From NCBI GenBank assembly GCA_951406725.2, contig OX597820.1, positions 99,510,001-99,574,000 on the forward strand: DNA of 64,000 bases. Direction: 5' to 3'. The notes below the pieces were generated by a model that was not told where the DNA came from, made no database searches, and saw only the letters and a list, made by a program, of their open reading frames with translations. This DNA comes from Octopus vulgaris. Its lineage: Eukaryota. The position numbers were made by a program, and so were the translations under genes. Positions 24,526 through 36,886 of the stretch are shown in pieces. Position 1 is the stretch's first letter. Every line of letters begins with the position of its first letter.

Positions 24526-25126
24526 GTCCATAACATGGGATGGAGCCAGCCTACGTATGCATACCTTCCCTTCTTGGGACACAAAACTCTACTTGTGAAG
24601 ACCTGTTGAGGCAAGTGAGGATCAGAATCGAAATCGATCAATGGAAATTGCAGATGTGTTACCAGTGCCGGTGGCATGTCGAAACTCTACTTGTGAAGAC
24701 CTGTTGAGGCAAGTGAGGATCAGAATCGAAATCGATCAATGGAAATTGCAGATGTGTTACCAGTGCCGGTGGCATGTAAGAGAACCTTCCGTTTCGCGAC
24801 CGTTGCCAGCGCCGCCCCGACTGGCCTCGTGCCGGTGGCACATAAAAAGCACCATCCGTTCGTGTCCGTTGCCAGCCTCGCCTGGCCCTCGTGCCGGTGG
24901 CACATAAAAAGCACCATCCGTTCGTGGCCAGTTGCCAGCTCTGTCTGGCACCTGTGCGGGTGGCACGTAAAAAGCACCCACTACACTCACGGAGTGGTTG
25001 GCGTTAGGAAGGGCATCCAGCCATAGAAACACTGCCAGATTTGACTGGGCCTGATGAAGCCTTCTGGCTTCACAGACCCCAGTAGAACCGTCCAACCCAT
25101 GCTAGCATGGAAAACGGACGCTAAAC

Positions 25127-25159
<33 letters not shown>

Positions 25160-25206
25160 ATAAATAAATAAATATATATATATATATCTTCAGTATACAG
25201 TGTAAT

Positions 25207-25565
25207 GTGGAGGCGCAATGGCCCAGTGGTTAGAGCAGTTGACTCGCAGTTGTAGGATTGCGGTTTCAATTCCCAGACTGGGCGTTGTGAGTGTTTATTG
25301 AGCAAAAGTACTTAAAAAGCTCCATGAGGCTCCAGCAGGGGGTGGTGGTGAACCCTGCTGTAATTTTTCACCACAATTTTCTCTCATTCTATCTTCCTGT
25401 TTCTGTTATCACACTCTGTGTCATGCTGAATCTCCCTGAGAACTACGTTAAGGATACACATGTCTGTGGAGTGCTCAGCTACTTGCATGTTAATTTCATG
25501 AGCAGGCTGTTCCATTGATCGGATCAACTGGAACCCTCATCGTCGTAACCGATGGAGTGCTATGA
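25207..25565 (+). mobile_element. SINE family C-related (tRNA-derived head)
   Basis: tggaggcgcaatggcccagtggttagagcagttgactcgcag head resembles 16975; the 3' body differs. Confidence 0.65.
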
Positions 25566-25704
25566 CAGTGTAATGTATCTAGTGGAGGAGATTAGATATG
25601 AGAATACTGTACCTCAAAGATCAGATAGTTGTTGGATTTTAAGGAATGGTGATAAGCTATAATGCAGGCCAGCCCAATTCTTATGCAGAAAACATGACTA
25701 TAAT

Positions 25705-25880
25705 TATGGTTTCGAATTTTGGCACAAGGCCTGCAAGTTCAGGTTAGGGAGTTAGTTGATTACATGGACCCCAGTGCTCAACTGGTACTTATTTTATTGA
25801 CCTCGAAAGGATGAAAGGTTAAGTCAACCTCAGCAGAATTTGAACTCAAAATGTAAAGACAAACAAAATGTGCTAACAAT
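25705..25880 (-). mobile_element. Degenerate SINE family A
   Basis: gaaaggatgaaagg..aagtcaacctcagcagaatttgaactc. Confidence 0.7.
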
Positions 25881-26344
25881 TAGAAAACATTGTGATACTT
25901 ATCTTCATAATTATAGTCATCATCATCATTATTTTTATGTTGTGAAGCTTTTTTTTATTATTTTGCAGTTTATTATACTTATAGAAGTGACTAATAATAT
26001 TCTATAAGCTTTAATTGCATATAAGAACAGCTGTTGATTATGTTATTCTATTTTTCGGCTGTTTCAGTTTCTAGTTTTTGTTTACTCTTTTACAAATTTT
26101 ATTCTCACTTTACATTTTTTTGTTTCTTACACATCTGCAAATTTTTACACCACAAATTTTATTTAAAATAACATTCCAGACCAAAAAAGTGGGTGAAAAT
26201 TTACTTTTTTTCTTATTTATAAAACAAACAACACTAATCACTTCTTCAAATCTACTGTTAGGAAGCAAAGGATTAGAGAAGAAGAAAGGTAGGAAATAAG
26301 AGGATATTTTAAAACAAAATTAATGGATAAGAAAATCTAACATA

Positions 26345-27427
26345 CAGAGTGTTCAGGCTAAATTTGACAATTTTTATGTCTCATGTCTTCAGGATCAGCT
26401 TGGTGTTTGGTGAATAGTCAACAGTGTTGGAAAGCTTAAAGATTAAAGTTGTAGGTGAGAAGGAGTTTGCTGACATTGAGGACTGGGAGTCATTCGAATA
26501 TTGGAAAAGAGCTACCAGTATCCTGATGGTTCACACCTGGTAGCAACATAGTGATATCATGACTGTTTTCAGTGCTTTGTGAATACAGGAAAAGCTGTAA
26601 GATGTAACATGGGCTGCTACAATGGAAACTACAAAGCTGTGGCCAGCAGGATGCAGCAGGCCTTCTGACTGCATGCCAGAATTCCTCCCCCACATCTTTG
26701 AACATGGCTTTAGGCTCAATTCAGATGGCTATGGGAAGCTGTGGTCAAAACCAAGCTGGAGAGGGTTGCTGCTGAAAGGCCATATGTTTGGTAGCAGGAT
26801 TTGGTTCCTTGCCATACCTTCAGAAAGAGTCAGAATGGTTGTCATAGAATTTCTATGACTTAATTTCTGGCTTCCTAATTCCCTTAGTTGTAATCCATGG
26901 ATGACTGTGTTGTGTGTGGTTGAGAAAGACACCAGCCACTCTGCCTGCAACACCAAGGCCAAGCTAGTGACAAAGATTAAGGAGGTGTTTAACCCTTTCA
27001 TTACTGTATTTATTTTGAGATGCTCTGTGTTTCTTTCAATTACTTTAAATATAACAAAGAATTTAAAATAACTTAGTTATCATTCAGCTAGTGTTAGGAG
27101 AATAAATTGTGACTAAGGTTTGGTGGAAGATTTTAATTCAAAACTTAAGAAAACAAGACATTTGTACTACAGAGCCAGAGCCGGGTTGGTAATGAAAGGG
27201 TTAAAGATCTTTCCAGGGACACAATGAGGAATGCATGCACCAGCTTCTGGAGCTTTCTTGAAGCCATGGTGGAAGCTGAAAGTGGCTAGTTTGAGTAATC
27301 TGTTATTTTCCCAGCCATAATCTAGTTATTATTTTGTTGTTTTTTTAAATGCTTTTATCTTTTTTGATAGGATGTTGTGGTTTCTTTTCCATTTATGCAA
27401 GCTGTCAAATTAAGTGCGAGCATCCTG
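26345..27427 (+). mobile_element. Decayed Tc1/mariner element, maT (DD37D)-like, with nested TTAA MITE
   Basis: TA-flanked imperfect TIRs (cagagtgttcaggctaaatttgaca / tgtcaaattaagtgcgagcatcctg). Remnants PHIFEHGFRLNSDGY, RPYVW.QD..PCHT, FWLPNS..CNP and LEAMVEAESG.FE. Confidence 0.75.
26993..27200. mobile_element. piggyBac-type MITE, family 1
   Basis: TTAA TSD; perfect 12-bp TIR ccctttcattac/gtaatgaaaggg. Confidence 0.9.
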
Positions 27428-27547
27428 TATGTGATGTCATTGAGGGAATGGCATGAAATAACATGATTGAAGAACTGCAGAAAGAACTTCAAGAGAGAAA
27501 TCAAGTATAACAAGAAAACATGAACAAAGAATGGTTGCTTAATTTAA

Positions 27548-27768
27548 CCCTTTAGCATTTAAACCGGCCATATCTGGCCAAAAGTATTCTGCTTTTTTTA
27601 TGTTCAAACTGGCCAGATCTGGTCTCTCACACCAACCCTACAATATCATCTAAAAAATAAACAGCTACCTAATCAAAATCTCATAACTACAAGATAATGC
27701 ATGATTAGTTCAAAACAATGTGGATAAAAAAGGATTAGTTTTGGCAGAATAATGTGAACACTAAAGGG
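27548..27768. mobile_element. piggyBac-type MITE, family 2
   Basis: TTAA|CCCTTTAG...CTAAAGGG|TTAA; homologous to 39440-39647. Confidence 0.85.
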
Positions 27769-28317
27769 TTAAGAAGTGTTCAAACAAAGAGACATAAGTA
27801 TGATTTGATATATCAAAGGTATAACGTTAGAATGGTTAAGTTGCAGTTGAACCACACAGTATCACAGAAATGGATAGATTCTGTTCTTGGTTTGAGACTG
27901 AGATACAGAAATGATTCTCTAAACTATTAATGTGACAATAAAGTGTGATTTTCTCCTTAGCAATTTTATCCTTATGAACCCAAACTACACTTTGAAAAAT
28001 ATTCCAAAATTTTAATCGCTCAATTACTTTTGCTTCATTTCATGCAAATATTCCTGCACTAGAAGGTAAAGATCCACATTGTTTTAGAATTTGAAGACAG
28101 GCATACCATTCTACTTCTACTTTTTACCTGGAAAATGATTGACTAACAAATCAGTGCCACCAAAACTATCACAGCTACCATCATCATAAGAACTACCATC
28201 ACTAGTACCACCACCATAATATTTGATCGTGTCTCTAATGTTGCAACGAATATATTAGTGATTTTGCTGTTACTTTTAACTGTATATATGCCCACACAGG
28301 TGATACTGCCTTTTATC

Positions 28318-29312
28318 TTCATCATTTAATATCCATTTTCCATGCTGGCATGGGTTGGACAGTTTGACAGGAGCTGGCAAGCTGGAGAGCTGCACCAGGC
28401 ACCAATTGTCTGTTTGGTATGGTTTCCATAGCTGGATGCTCTTCCTAATGCCAGCAGTTTTACAGAGTGTACCGGGTGCTTTTTATGTGGCACCAGCACC
28501 TGTGCTTTATATGTGGCACCAGCATAGGTGTTTTATGCATGACATCAGCATGACTGCTTTTTACCTGGCACTCACGCAAGTGCTTTTTTTGTTGCACCAT
28601 CACAGGTGTTTTTTCATGTGAAACCACCATGGGTTTGTTTTATGTGGCATCAGCAGCAGTGAGCTCACAAGACAAAGACCTCTCAGCTGAGAGATGGAGT
28701 AAAACTAAGAGATCAGAGTATGATAGAGGGACAGAGGTAGCCCTTTTACTATCAAGGAGATACTTGGCTATCTCAGTAGGATAAGGAAGGAGAGGAAAGT
28801 AGGAGAGAGTTAGAGAGAAAGATAGAGAGACAAAGTGAGAGAGAGAAAGGCTGCCCACAGGAAACGGGAGGGGAATTAGTATTAGTATTAGTAGCGGTAT
28901 TTCGTCTGCTGCTACGTTCTGAGTTCAAATTCCGCCGAGGTCGACTTTGCTTTTCATCCTTTCGGGGTCGATAAATTAAGTACCAGTTACGCACTGGGGT
29001 CGATGTGATCGACTTAATACCTATGTATGTCCTTGTTTTTCCCCTCTATGTTTAGCCCCTTGTGGGTAATAAAGAAATAAGTATTAGTAGTACTGAGGGG
29101 ATAGAGGGAGATGTTTCATGGGAGTGTGAGAGAAGATATTTAGAGATAGAAGAGAAAGCAAGTGATGGTGAAAGAAATTAAATTGGTTGGGAGGGGGATA
29201 TGGTAGATATGTGGCAAGTGATGGTGAGAGGAATTGAAAGTGGCTGGATGTGGGGTGTGGGTGGGTACGGTAGGTATGTGATGGCATGAACAGTGCGTCT
29301 TCTCAAACAGAG
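28318..29312 (-). mobile_element. Old RTE-related 3' fragment with nested SINE A (~28893-29080, +)
   Basis: catcatttaa..ttttccatgctggcatgggttgg is the reverse-complemented RTE tail; short degenerate ttttatgtggcacca repeats follow; gtcttctc at ~29297 resembles the ORF end. Confidence 0.6.
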
Positions 29313-29529
29313 CAAATTGCCAGAGTTACTTTAACTTAGTCTCCACATGTAGGCATGGTCAAAATGCAATCTTTATATTATTGACATTAACAAAGTTTTA
29401 CAATACCAGATAGAAAGAACCACCTCAAAATTTGAAATGTTTGCTAATGTGATGAACACAAGATACTATAATTTATCACAGACCATAAACTATATTATGC
29501 AAAAAAAAGAAAGAAAAAAGAAAAGGCAT

Positions 29530-29945
29530 AGGCATAGGAGTGGCTGTGTGGTAAGTAGCTTGCTTACCAACCACATGGTTCCGGGTTCAGTCCCACTGCG
29601 TGGCACTTTGGGCAAGTGTCTTCTTCTATAGCCTTGGGCCAACCAAAGCCTTGTGAGTGGATTTGGTAGATGGAAACTGTAAGAAGCCTGTCGTATATAT
29701 GTTTATATATATGTGTATGTGTGCATGTATGTTTGTGCCTGTGTTTGTCCCCCCAACATCGCTTAACAACCGATGCTGGTGTATTTACCTCTCCGTAACT
29801 TAGCGGTTCGGTAAAAGTGACCGATAGAATAAGTACTAGGCTTACAAAGAATAAGTCCTGGGGTCGATTTGCTCGACTAAAGGCGGTGCTCCAGCATGGC
29901 CACAGTCAAATGACTGAAACAAGTAAAAGAGTAAAAGAGTAAAAA
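29530..29945 (+). mobile_element. SINE family B
   Basis: Full-length copy with (GTAAAAGA)n tail. Confidence 0.85.
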
Positions 29946-30399
29946 GTATATGGTAAAGTAACAGAAACAGTCACATGCATTCAGAAAAATTCATCTTTTT
30001 GTAAATATGAACTGCACTTCAGATAAGGTCCTGGCAGCAAGTGGTACAATTTTCCTACTGGTTATGGTATGATGTCTGTATTTCTTGGTGAAAAGGGAGC
30101 CCCTCAAGTAAATAAAGGCATTGTGATTCATCCAAGAAATATAATACCAAATCAAGATCTTATAATGATCTTACCCTCTTGACCCCATGTGACCTCTTAT
30201 TTCCTGATGGTGAGATTGGTTGACATAATGATGTAGTACTTTGAAGGGCAATGAACTCATGTTTGAAATAAAGTAATGATGCAACAGTAATAGAGGTGGC
30301 TTCAGTGTCATTCACAGATCAAGAAAACTTTTTCAACAACATTTAGTAGATGCATACCTCATAGCAGATGGGAGTCATTTATACTTTGTAAGAAACAAA

Positions 30400-30535
30400 T
30401 GACCTCACAAGGCTTTGGCTGGCCTGAGTATATTGTAGAAGGCACTTGTCAAAGGTGCCACACAGTGGGACTGAACCTGGAGCCATGTGGTTGGGAAGCA
30501 AGCTTCTTACCATACAGCCATGCTTGCACCTATGG
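30400..30535 (-). mobile_element. Partial SINE family B
   Basis: Head and CORE-like region only. Confidence 0.65.
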
Positions 30536-31578
30536 TAAGTTATCTAAATTTGAAAATTTACCATAACATGCATCTGATGTTGAGTTCATTTCATTATGTT
30601 AAATGAAACAATGTAATGAAGATCTGAGTTTATATCTGAGGTCAGCTACATATGAATACTCACGTACATTTACAATGTTTTTGAATGAATATTGATATGT
30701 AGCTGCCCTCAAAATGTTCATGATTTCAGCAGTTAAAAAGAGCATTTTCTGACTGTACCAAGGCAGAATGAATTAGTTAAGTCACAATCATGGTCTTTTA
30801 CTTGTGAGGCTTATATGTTCTCTAGAGATTTTAAAACACTCAAAATTTGTTTTAAGGTAATGCTACATAGATATTCTTATACAAGGTATTATCTGTATGG
30901 CCCATGCTATGAATGTTTTGTTTAACAGAAATGCATGTGCGGCTATCAATGATTAGTTACCAGGCTATTGAGTTAGTACGAGTAAGCTTCATACTTTCTC
31001 CAGAATTATCACAGAAGGTTGTGTAATGTTGTGTTTGCTCAATGCCTTTTATGATGGCAAATTCAAGCAAAGTGTTTGCATTGAATTTTGCATGAAACTT
31101 ATTAAATGTTTCCTATACTATCAACAATGCATTGTCAGCCTGTTGGTGGGCATTCTTTAAGCTGTACATAAGTTCTTGAGTGGCACACACCTTTCAAGGT
31201 TTGTTGAGGATTGGTTCATGAGGATTGGTTCACTCAGAGACATCAAGTACAAGAATAATGCCAGAAAATGTAGAAAAATTTGTGAATTTGTCTATGAGAA
31301 TTGTTCTCAAATACATCAGCTCCGTCATGCCACTGGAATTAGTTAAACTGTCTCTCAGGATATTCTCAGGAAACCTAAAACATGCAGTGTTGCAAAACTT
31401 GTATCTTGGCTCTTGATACTCAAAAATGATAGCATCTTGATATATGGTTTGAGCTTCATGAGAAAACAGATATTCAACATTAATTACTAGAGTACTCATG
31501 TAGTTTTTGACTCTTAGTCTTGGAACTTCTTGATAACTCCTTGAATAGAATTAAAAATTATCGGAATTGGTTAACAAT

Positions 31579-31990
31579 CATAGGCGCAGGAGTGGCTGTG
31601 TGGTGAGTAGCTTGTCTACCAACCACATGGTTGCGGGTTCAGTCCCACTGCGTGGCACCTTGGGCAAGTGTCTTCTACTATAGCCTCGGGCCGACCAAAG
31701 CCTTGTGAGTGGATTTGGTAGACGGAAACTGAAAGAAGCCCATCGTATATATATGTATGCGAGTGTGTATTTGTGTGTCTGTGTTTGTCCCCTAGCATTG
31801 CTTGACAACTGATGCTGGTGTGATTATGTCCCCGTAACTTAGCGGTTCGGCAAAAGAGACCGATAGAATAAGTACTGGGCTTACAAAAGAATAAGTCCCG
31901 GGGTCGAGTTGCTCGACTAAAGGCGGTGCTCCAGCATAGCCGCAGTCAAATGACTGAAACAAGTAAAAGAATAAAAGAAAAAGAATAAAA
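31579..31990 (+). mobile_element. SINE family B
   Basis: Full-length copy. Confidence 0.85.
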
Positions 31991-32499
31991 GATGTAGCAC
32001 AAAGCAAGTGTATCTTTTGCATTATGAAGTTGACATAAGTCATAACAACCATTTTAAAGATACTTGACCACTAAGGAAGAATTGTTTCGTTTTCAACCTG
32101 AGAACTGCTACTGTTTACGGTATGAAAAATCAACTTCAGCTCTGTTCCATTTTAAGGCATAGGGATACTGAGCTTTGCCCAGGGGCCTCACAGGTCAAAG
32201 AGTTCAGCTCTGATCTATGCATACTGTGGCTTGCTATTAATAAATAAATACCATTGAGCCCAGTGCATTGATCTGACCAGAGGCCTATAATGATGCTAAG
32301 TTGGCCCTGCCTCAACCTCCTCTAATTCTCTCTCTTGCATACATCCCCACGCTTCTCCCATCATAATCCCTCTCAGATTTCGGCTTTGACTTCTGTGAAT
32401 CCGTTTACAAGTTTCTGAAATTCCTGTTTGCAAACCTATCTGCATGTGTGTACACATTATATTAGTGGAGCGGATGTTTTTAAGATGACATGTAATTGT

Positions 32500-33313
32500 G
32501 TCAATGCACTTTTCACGGCAATTGTCTACGTGTGTTCCGTAGTCTTTTCGTGCGTTGACCTTTCAACACGCTTCATCCGTCAAATTCTTTTTGGGAGATA
32601 TATGATTTTTCGGAGATTTTACTTATAATAGGTTTTCCCCACTTCCTGCTTGTTTTTTTTACTCATTCCGTCTCCGTCTTCTTATGGTGAACTTCTCTCA
32701 CACATCCCCTTGTTCCAATCCCTCTTTATTTCATACTACCACTTTCACTGTCACCCTCACACTTCATTTACTACGAAGTCAGCAACTATTTGGGTTTTTT
32801 GTTTATTGTTTTCCGTTGAAGAGCAATGCCAGAAATATTTAACATGCGGTAATTGACCTCATCTAAGTTAGTGAATTCTTCCAAATTAATTACTGAATCA
32901 GCATAAAATTAATTTTCGACTTTCTCTGTTACAAAATTGTAAAATCTGATTGATTTCTGTAAGAGTGTAAGTTCCACAACAAACTACCGAGCTTCGGTCT
33001 TTTGAAGCGATCTCCAGTGTTTCATATTGGAGTTTTGTTGTTATGTAAACAATATTAACAGCCATCAGTGTCCTATAAATAAATTTAAGTTCTTTTTAAA
33101 TATTGAATGACATAAACCATTGTTAAAAAATAATCACCGAATTTTGATACTCAAACTGTGACTGAGATAGATTTTTACGAAAGCAAGGCTCCCCTTCATT
33201 AGTTAAATCTGCATTATCATTTAGTTTCGTGCTGTGTCTGAAATGTTGTGTATATCAACAAAGAAGTAGGTTCTTTCAGTGAATCAGCTTCTCTATGATG
33301 AGAAAAGGTAAGT
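32500..33313 (+). promoter_or_regulatory. Candidate promoter and non-coding first exon of ZNF-2
   Basis: Unique, CpG-richer sequence with an ETS-like CACTTCCTG (~32640) and a strong donor AAG|GTAAGT at 33308. Inference only. Confidence 0.25.
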
Positions 33314-34548
33314 TGATTTGCTTTTAAATCTTCAAGCTGAAGACGATCTTTTCTGTTCAAATGAAGCATCTTTGTCTTTTAATGTAATTACAGTAGGAAA
33401 ACATCGGGTGCCCCTTCAGTTTCGTACCACAAGAGAGGTCACTCTGAATGTGTTTGTGTGTATATGTGGTTTGACATTATTGTTATGTTATACCACTCCA
33501 AGCCAAAACAAGTTATCCTGTCCTTACTTTGTTTAGACGGAGACTCTAACAAGCATTTGGAGTGGTTTGTTCCACTGGACCCGTGTCGGATAATTCTGGT
33601 AACATGCACTACTGAGCATATATATATATAAAATTTAATAAGGGTAGAATTTGATATTAATCAATTAAAACCAATGCTTTGGTTTGTGCTGAGTTTTTTT
33701 TTTATTTGAGAATACATTCTTTGTGGAAAATAGCGATTTTGACGTCTATATCTAGCATGTTGACCGTCCACTTTTAGTGGTCAGTCCTTTAAATTTTGTA
33801 TGTAAATATATATGTATATATATATATATATATGTATAAGAAACTAAAATCTTCAAATATCTACAAAAATTCTCAAATATGGTGTTTAATTGCTTATAAA
33901 AAAAAACATATAACGTTTAATTACACTTCGTAATCACAGGCACTCCCTTCAGCTCATAAACACTGTTACTTACATGTGTGGAATCTCCAAATGTCTACAA
34001 AAATTCCAACTTGTACTGTTAATGTCAGTAAAATATATCATAAAACGGTAATCAACTTGGTTTAATTAATCTTTATTGTAAAATGATGATTTCTTTGTAA
34101 ATTGGGTGAATGTAGCATGTTGTTACTTATTATTCATTTATAAATTTTCTCGTTATAATAGAAAATGCGTAAATAAATACGTCGTTTATTCTTTACGATT
34201 GCTGAAACAAAAAGTTGATATTGGGGTACCATATCTGAAGTTATTCCTTTTATGCTCGAAATAACGGCGACATGCACTGTAAAAATTAAATTCCGTCGCC
34301 CAACATGTTAGATAGCCGTCATATCCACAGAAATAAATTTCATTGCAGACGGTTGAATGTGTTTGTTTCTTACTGCAACTTGCTAGTTCATGTGGAGGAT
34401 ATGAAATCGAAGGAGCGTCAAATATCGGCAGCTACATAATTTGTATTAAGTTGGTGTGTAAGAGGGGACAAAAAATGTAACAGAACTGAAGTGAACGGTG
34501 AAAGAATTACGTTTAATTTAAGGATGACAATAAATAAGTAGTCGTTGT

Positions 34549-35030
34549 AAGGCGGCGAGCTGGCAGAAACGTTAGCACGCCGATATTTCATCTGTCTTTA
34601 CGTTTCGAGTTCAAATTCCGCCCAGGTCGACTTTGCCTTTCATCCTTTCAACTGGTTCCCTCCACCAAAATACTCCTTGAGTAGCCCACTGCGTGGCACC
34701 TTGGGAAAGTGTCTTCTACTATAGCCCCGGGCCGACCAAAGCCTTGTGAGTGGATTTGGTAGACGGAAACTGAAAGAAGCCCGTCGTATATATGTATATA
34801 TATATGTGTGTGTGTATGTTTGTGTGTCTGTGTTTGTCCCCCCAACATCGCTTGACAACCGATGCAGGTGTGTTTATGTCCCCCGTAACTTAGCGGTTCG
34901 GCAAAAGAGACCGATAGAATAAGTACTAGGCTTACAAAGAATAAGTCCTGAGGTCGATTTGCTTGAGTAAAGGCGGTGCTCCAGCATGGCTACAGTCAAA
35001 ATGACAAACAAGTAAAAGAGTAAAAAAAGA
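34549..35030 (+). mobile_element. SINE A 5' half (34549-34650) joined via a ~33-nt spacer to a headless SINE B (34684-35030)
   Basis: Direct match to both families. Confidence 0.8.
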
Positions 35031-35367
35031 GTAGTCGTGTAAGGCAGGGCTTACCCAACCCCTGGGCCTCAGACCAAGTCACACAAAATCTTATATCTTT
35101 CACATTAGACCGCTACCATGCTGGGATACCACCTTAAATTTTTTCAGTCGAATAAATTGACTCCAGTACTTACTTTTTGTAAGCCTTGTACTTATTATAT
35201 CGGTCTAACTGCTAAGTTACAGGGACGTAAACGCCAACACTATAGCCATCAGTGCTGGCTGTAGTTTCTATGGAATATCTGTAGAAACAACCATATAAAT
35301 AATGTAACAAGCACTGCTGATGCAGTGGGATGTGGAATTGACTTATAAAAACATTTAGTATACTTCA

Positions 35368-35596
35368 GGGCGGTGAGCTGGCAGAAATGTTAGCACGTCG
35401 GGTGAAATGTGTAGCCGTATTTCGTCTGTCGTTACGTTCCGAGTTCAAATTCCGCCGAGGTTGACTTTGCCTTTCATCCTCTCGGGGTCGATAAATAAAG
35501 TACCAGTTTCGCACTGGGTCGATGTAATCGACAATCCCTTTGTCTGTCCTTGTTCGTTCCCTCTATGTTTAGCCCCTTGTGGGCAGTAAAGAAATA
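35368..35596 (+). mobile_element. SINE family A with TSD tatacttca
   Basis: TSD at 35359-35367 and 35597-35605. Confidence 0.85.
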
Positions 35597-35659
35597 TATA
35601 CTTCATAGTATATTGTGTTTGCATAACAAAGTGCCACGTACCTACAAACCTTTAAAGTA

Positions 35660-36202
35660 TTCTTTTATTCTTCTTTTACTTGTTTCAGTCATTTGACTAC
35701 GGCCATGCTGGAGCACTGACTTAAAGGGTTTTAGTTGAAAAAAATTGACCTTAGGACTTATTCTTTCTAAGCCTATTACTTATTTCATTGGTGTCGTTTG
35801 CCAAATTGTTTGAATACGGGGACATAAATACACCAGCATCGGTTGTCAAGCGATGGCGATGCCACAAATACAAACACACACGTATATATATACACGGAGT
35901 GGTTGGCTTTAGGAAGGGCATCCAGCCGTAGAAACATTGCCAGATCAGACTGGGCCTGGTGCAGCCTTCTGGCTTCCCAGACCCCAGTTGAACCATCCAA
36001 CCCATGCTAGCATGGAAAGCAGATGCTAAACGATGATGATGATGATGATATATATATACACACACACACACACGACGGGCTTCTTTCAATTTGGCCTGAG
36101 GATATAGTAGAAGACACTTGCCCAAGGTGCTACACTGGGACTGAACCTGGAACCATGTGGCTTGTGAAGCCAGCTTCTTACCACACATCCATGCCTGCAC
36201 CT
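35660..36202 (-). mobile_element. SINE family B interrupted in its internal microsatellite by an RTE 3' fragment (35893-36048, +)
   Basis: The B tail and head flank cggagtggttggc...gatgatgat. Confidence 0.8.
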
Positions 36203-36487
36203 AAATATATAAAAAATTAATATAGATACCCATGTGCAATGTGTTACCAAAAAGGTAAACTATAATTGTCACTAAATATGACTAGGGTGTTAGAACATTG
36301 CTAGAAATAAGAGCTAAAAAGCTCTAATGCTGTAGTTAAAGCACGTAATTGTATCACCTGAAAACACCAGTTGAGAAATTCTCTATACTGACTGGTCAGT
36401 GTTGGCTAATTCCATAGCCTCATCAATAAGGACTGCTCAATTTGGCTGATTCCAAACTTAATTCTCTATCAGTACATATGTATTCAC

Positions 36488-36886
36488 CATGTGAAGACCT
36501 GTTGAGGCAAGTGAAAATCCAAAATCCAAAATCCAAATCAAAATTGAAATCGATCAACATCAATGGAAATTGCAGCTGTGATACCAGTGCCAGTGGTATG
36601 TAAGAGAACCATCCGAACATGGCCGTTGCCAGTGCCACCCCGACTGGCCTCGTGCCGGTGGCACGTAAAAAGCACCATCCGATCATGGCCATTTGCCAGC
36701 CTCGTCTGGCACGTAAAAAGCACCCACTACACTCACAGAGTGGTTGGCGTTAGGAAGTGCATCCAGCTGTAGAAACATTGCCAGATCAGACTGGGCCTGG
36801 TGCAGCCTTCTGGCTTCCCAGACCCCAGTTGAACCGTCCAACCCATGCTAGCATGGAAAGCGGACGCTAAACGATGATGATGATGA
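36488..36886 (+). mobile_element. 5'-truncated RTE LINE (3'UTR only)
   Basis: tgtgaagacctgttgaggcaagtg...gtgccggtggcacgtaaaaagcacc...(GAT)n matches 24590-25158. Confidence 0.85.

Larger units (their letters stand above)
21003..25158 (+). mobile_element. Near-full-length RTE-clade LINE (5' boundary uncertain, may extend to ~20750)
   Basis: Single APE-RT ORF, ~630-bp 3'UTR and (GAT)n tail ending at ~25158; no TSD identified. Confidence 0.92.

Noticed and set aside
24860-24960. HDV-like ribozyme resemblance (ccagcctcg.ctggc)
   Set aside because: I could not build the P1, P1.1 and P2 pairings, and the location is 3', whereas retrotransposon HDV-like ribozymes are at 5' ends.
25044-25080. CTGATGA followed by a hairpin in the RTE 3'UTR
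   Set aside because: No GAAA after the stem, and other copies read ctggtgc, so it is a chance variant.
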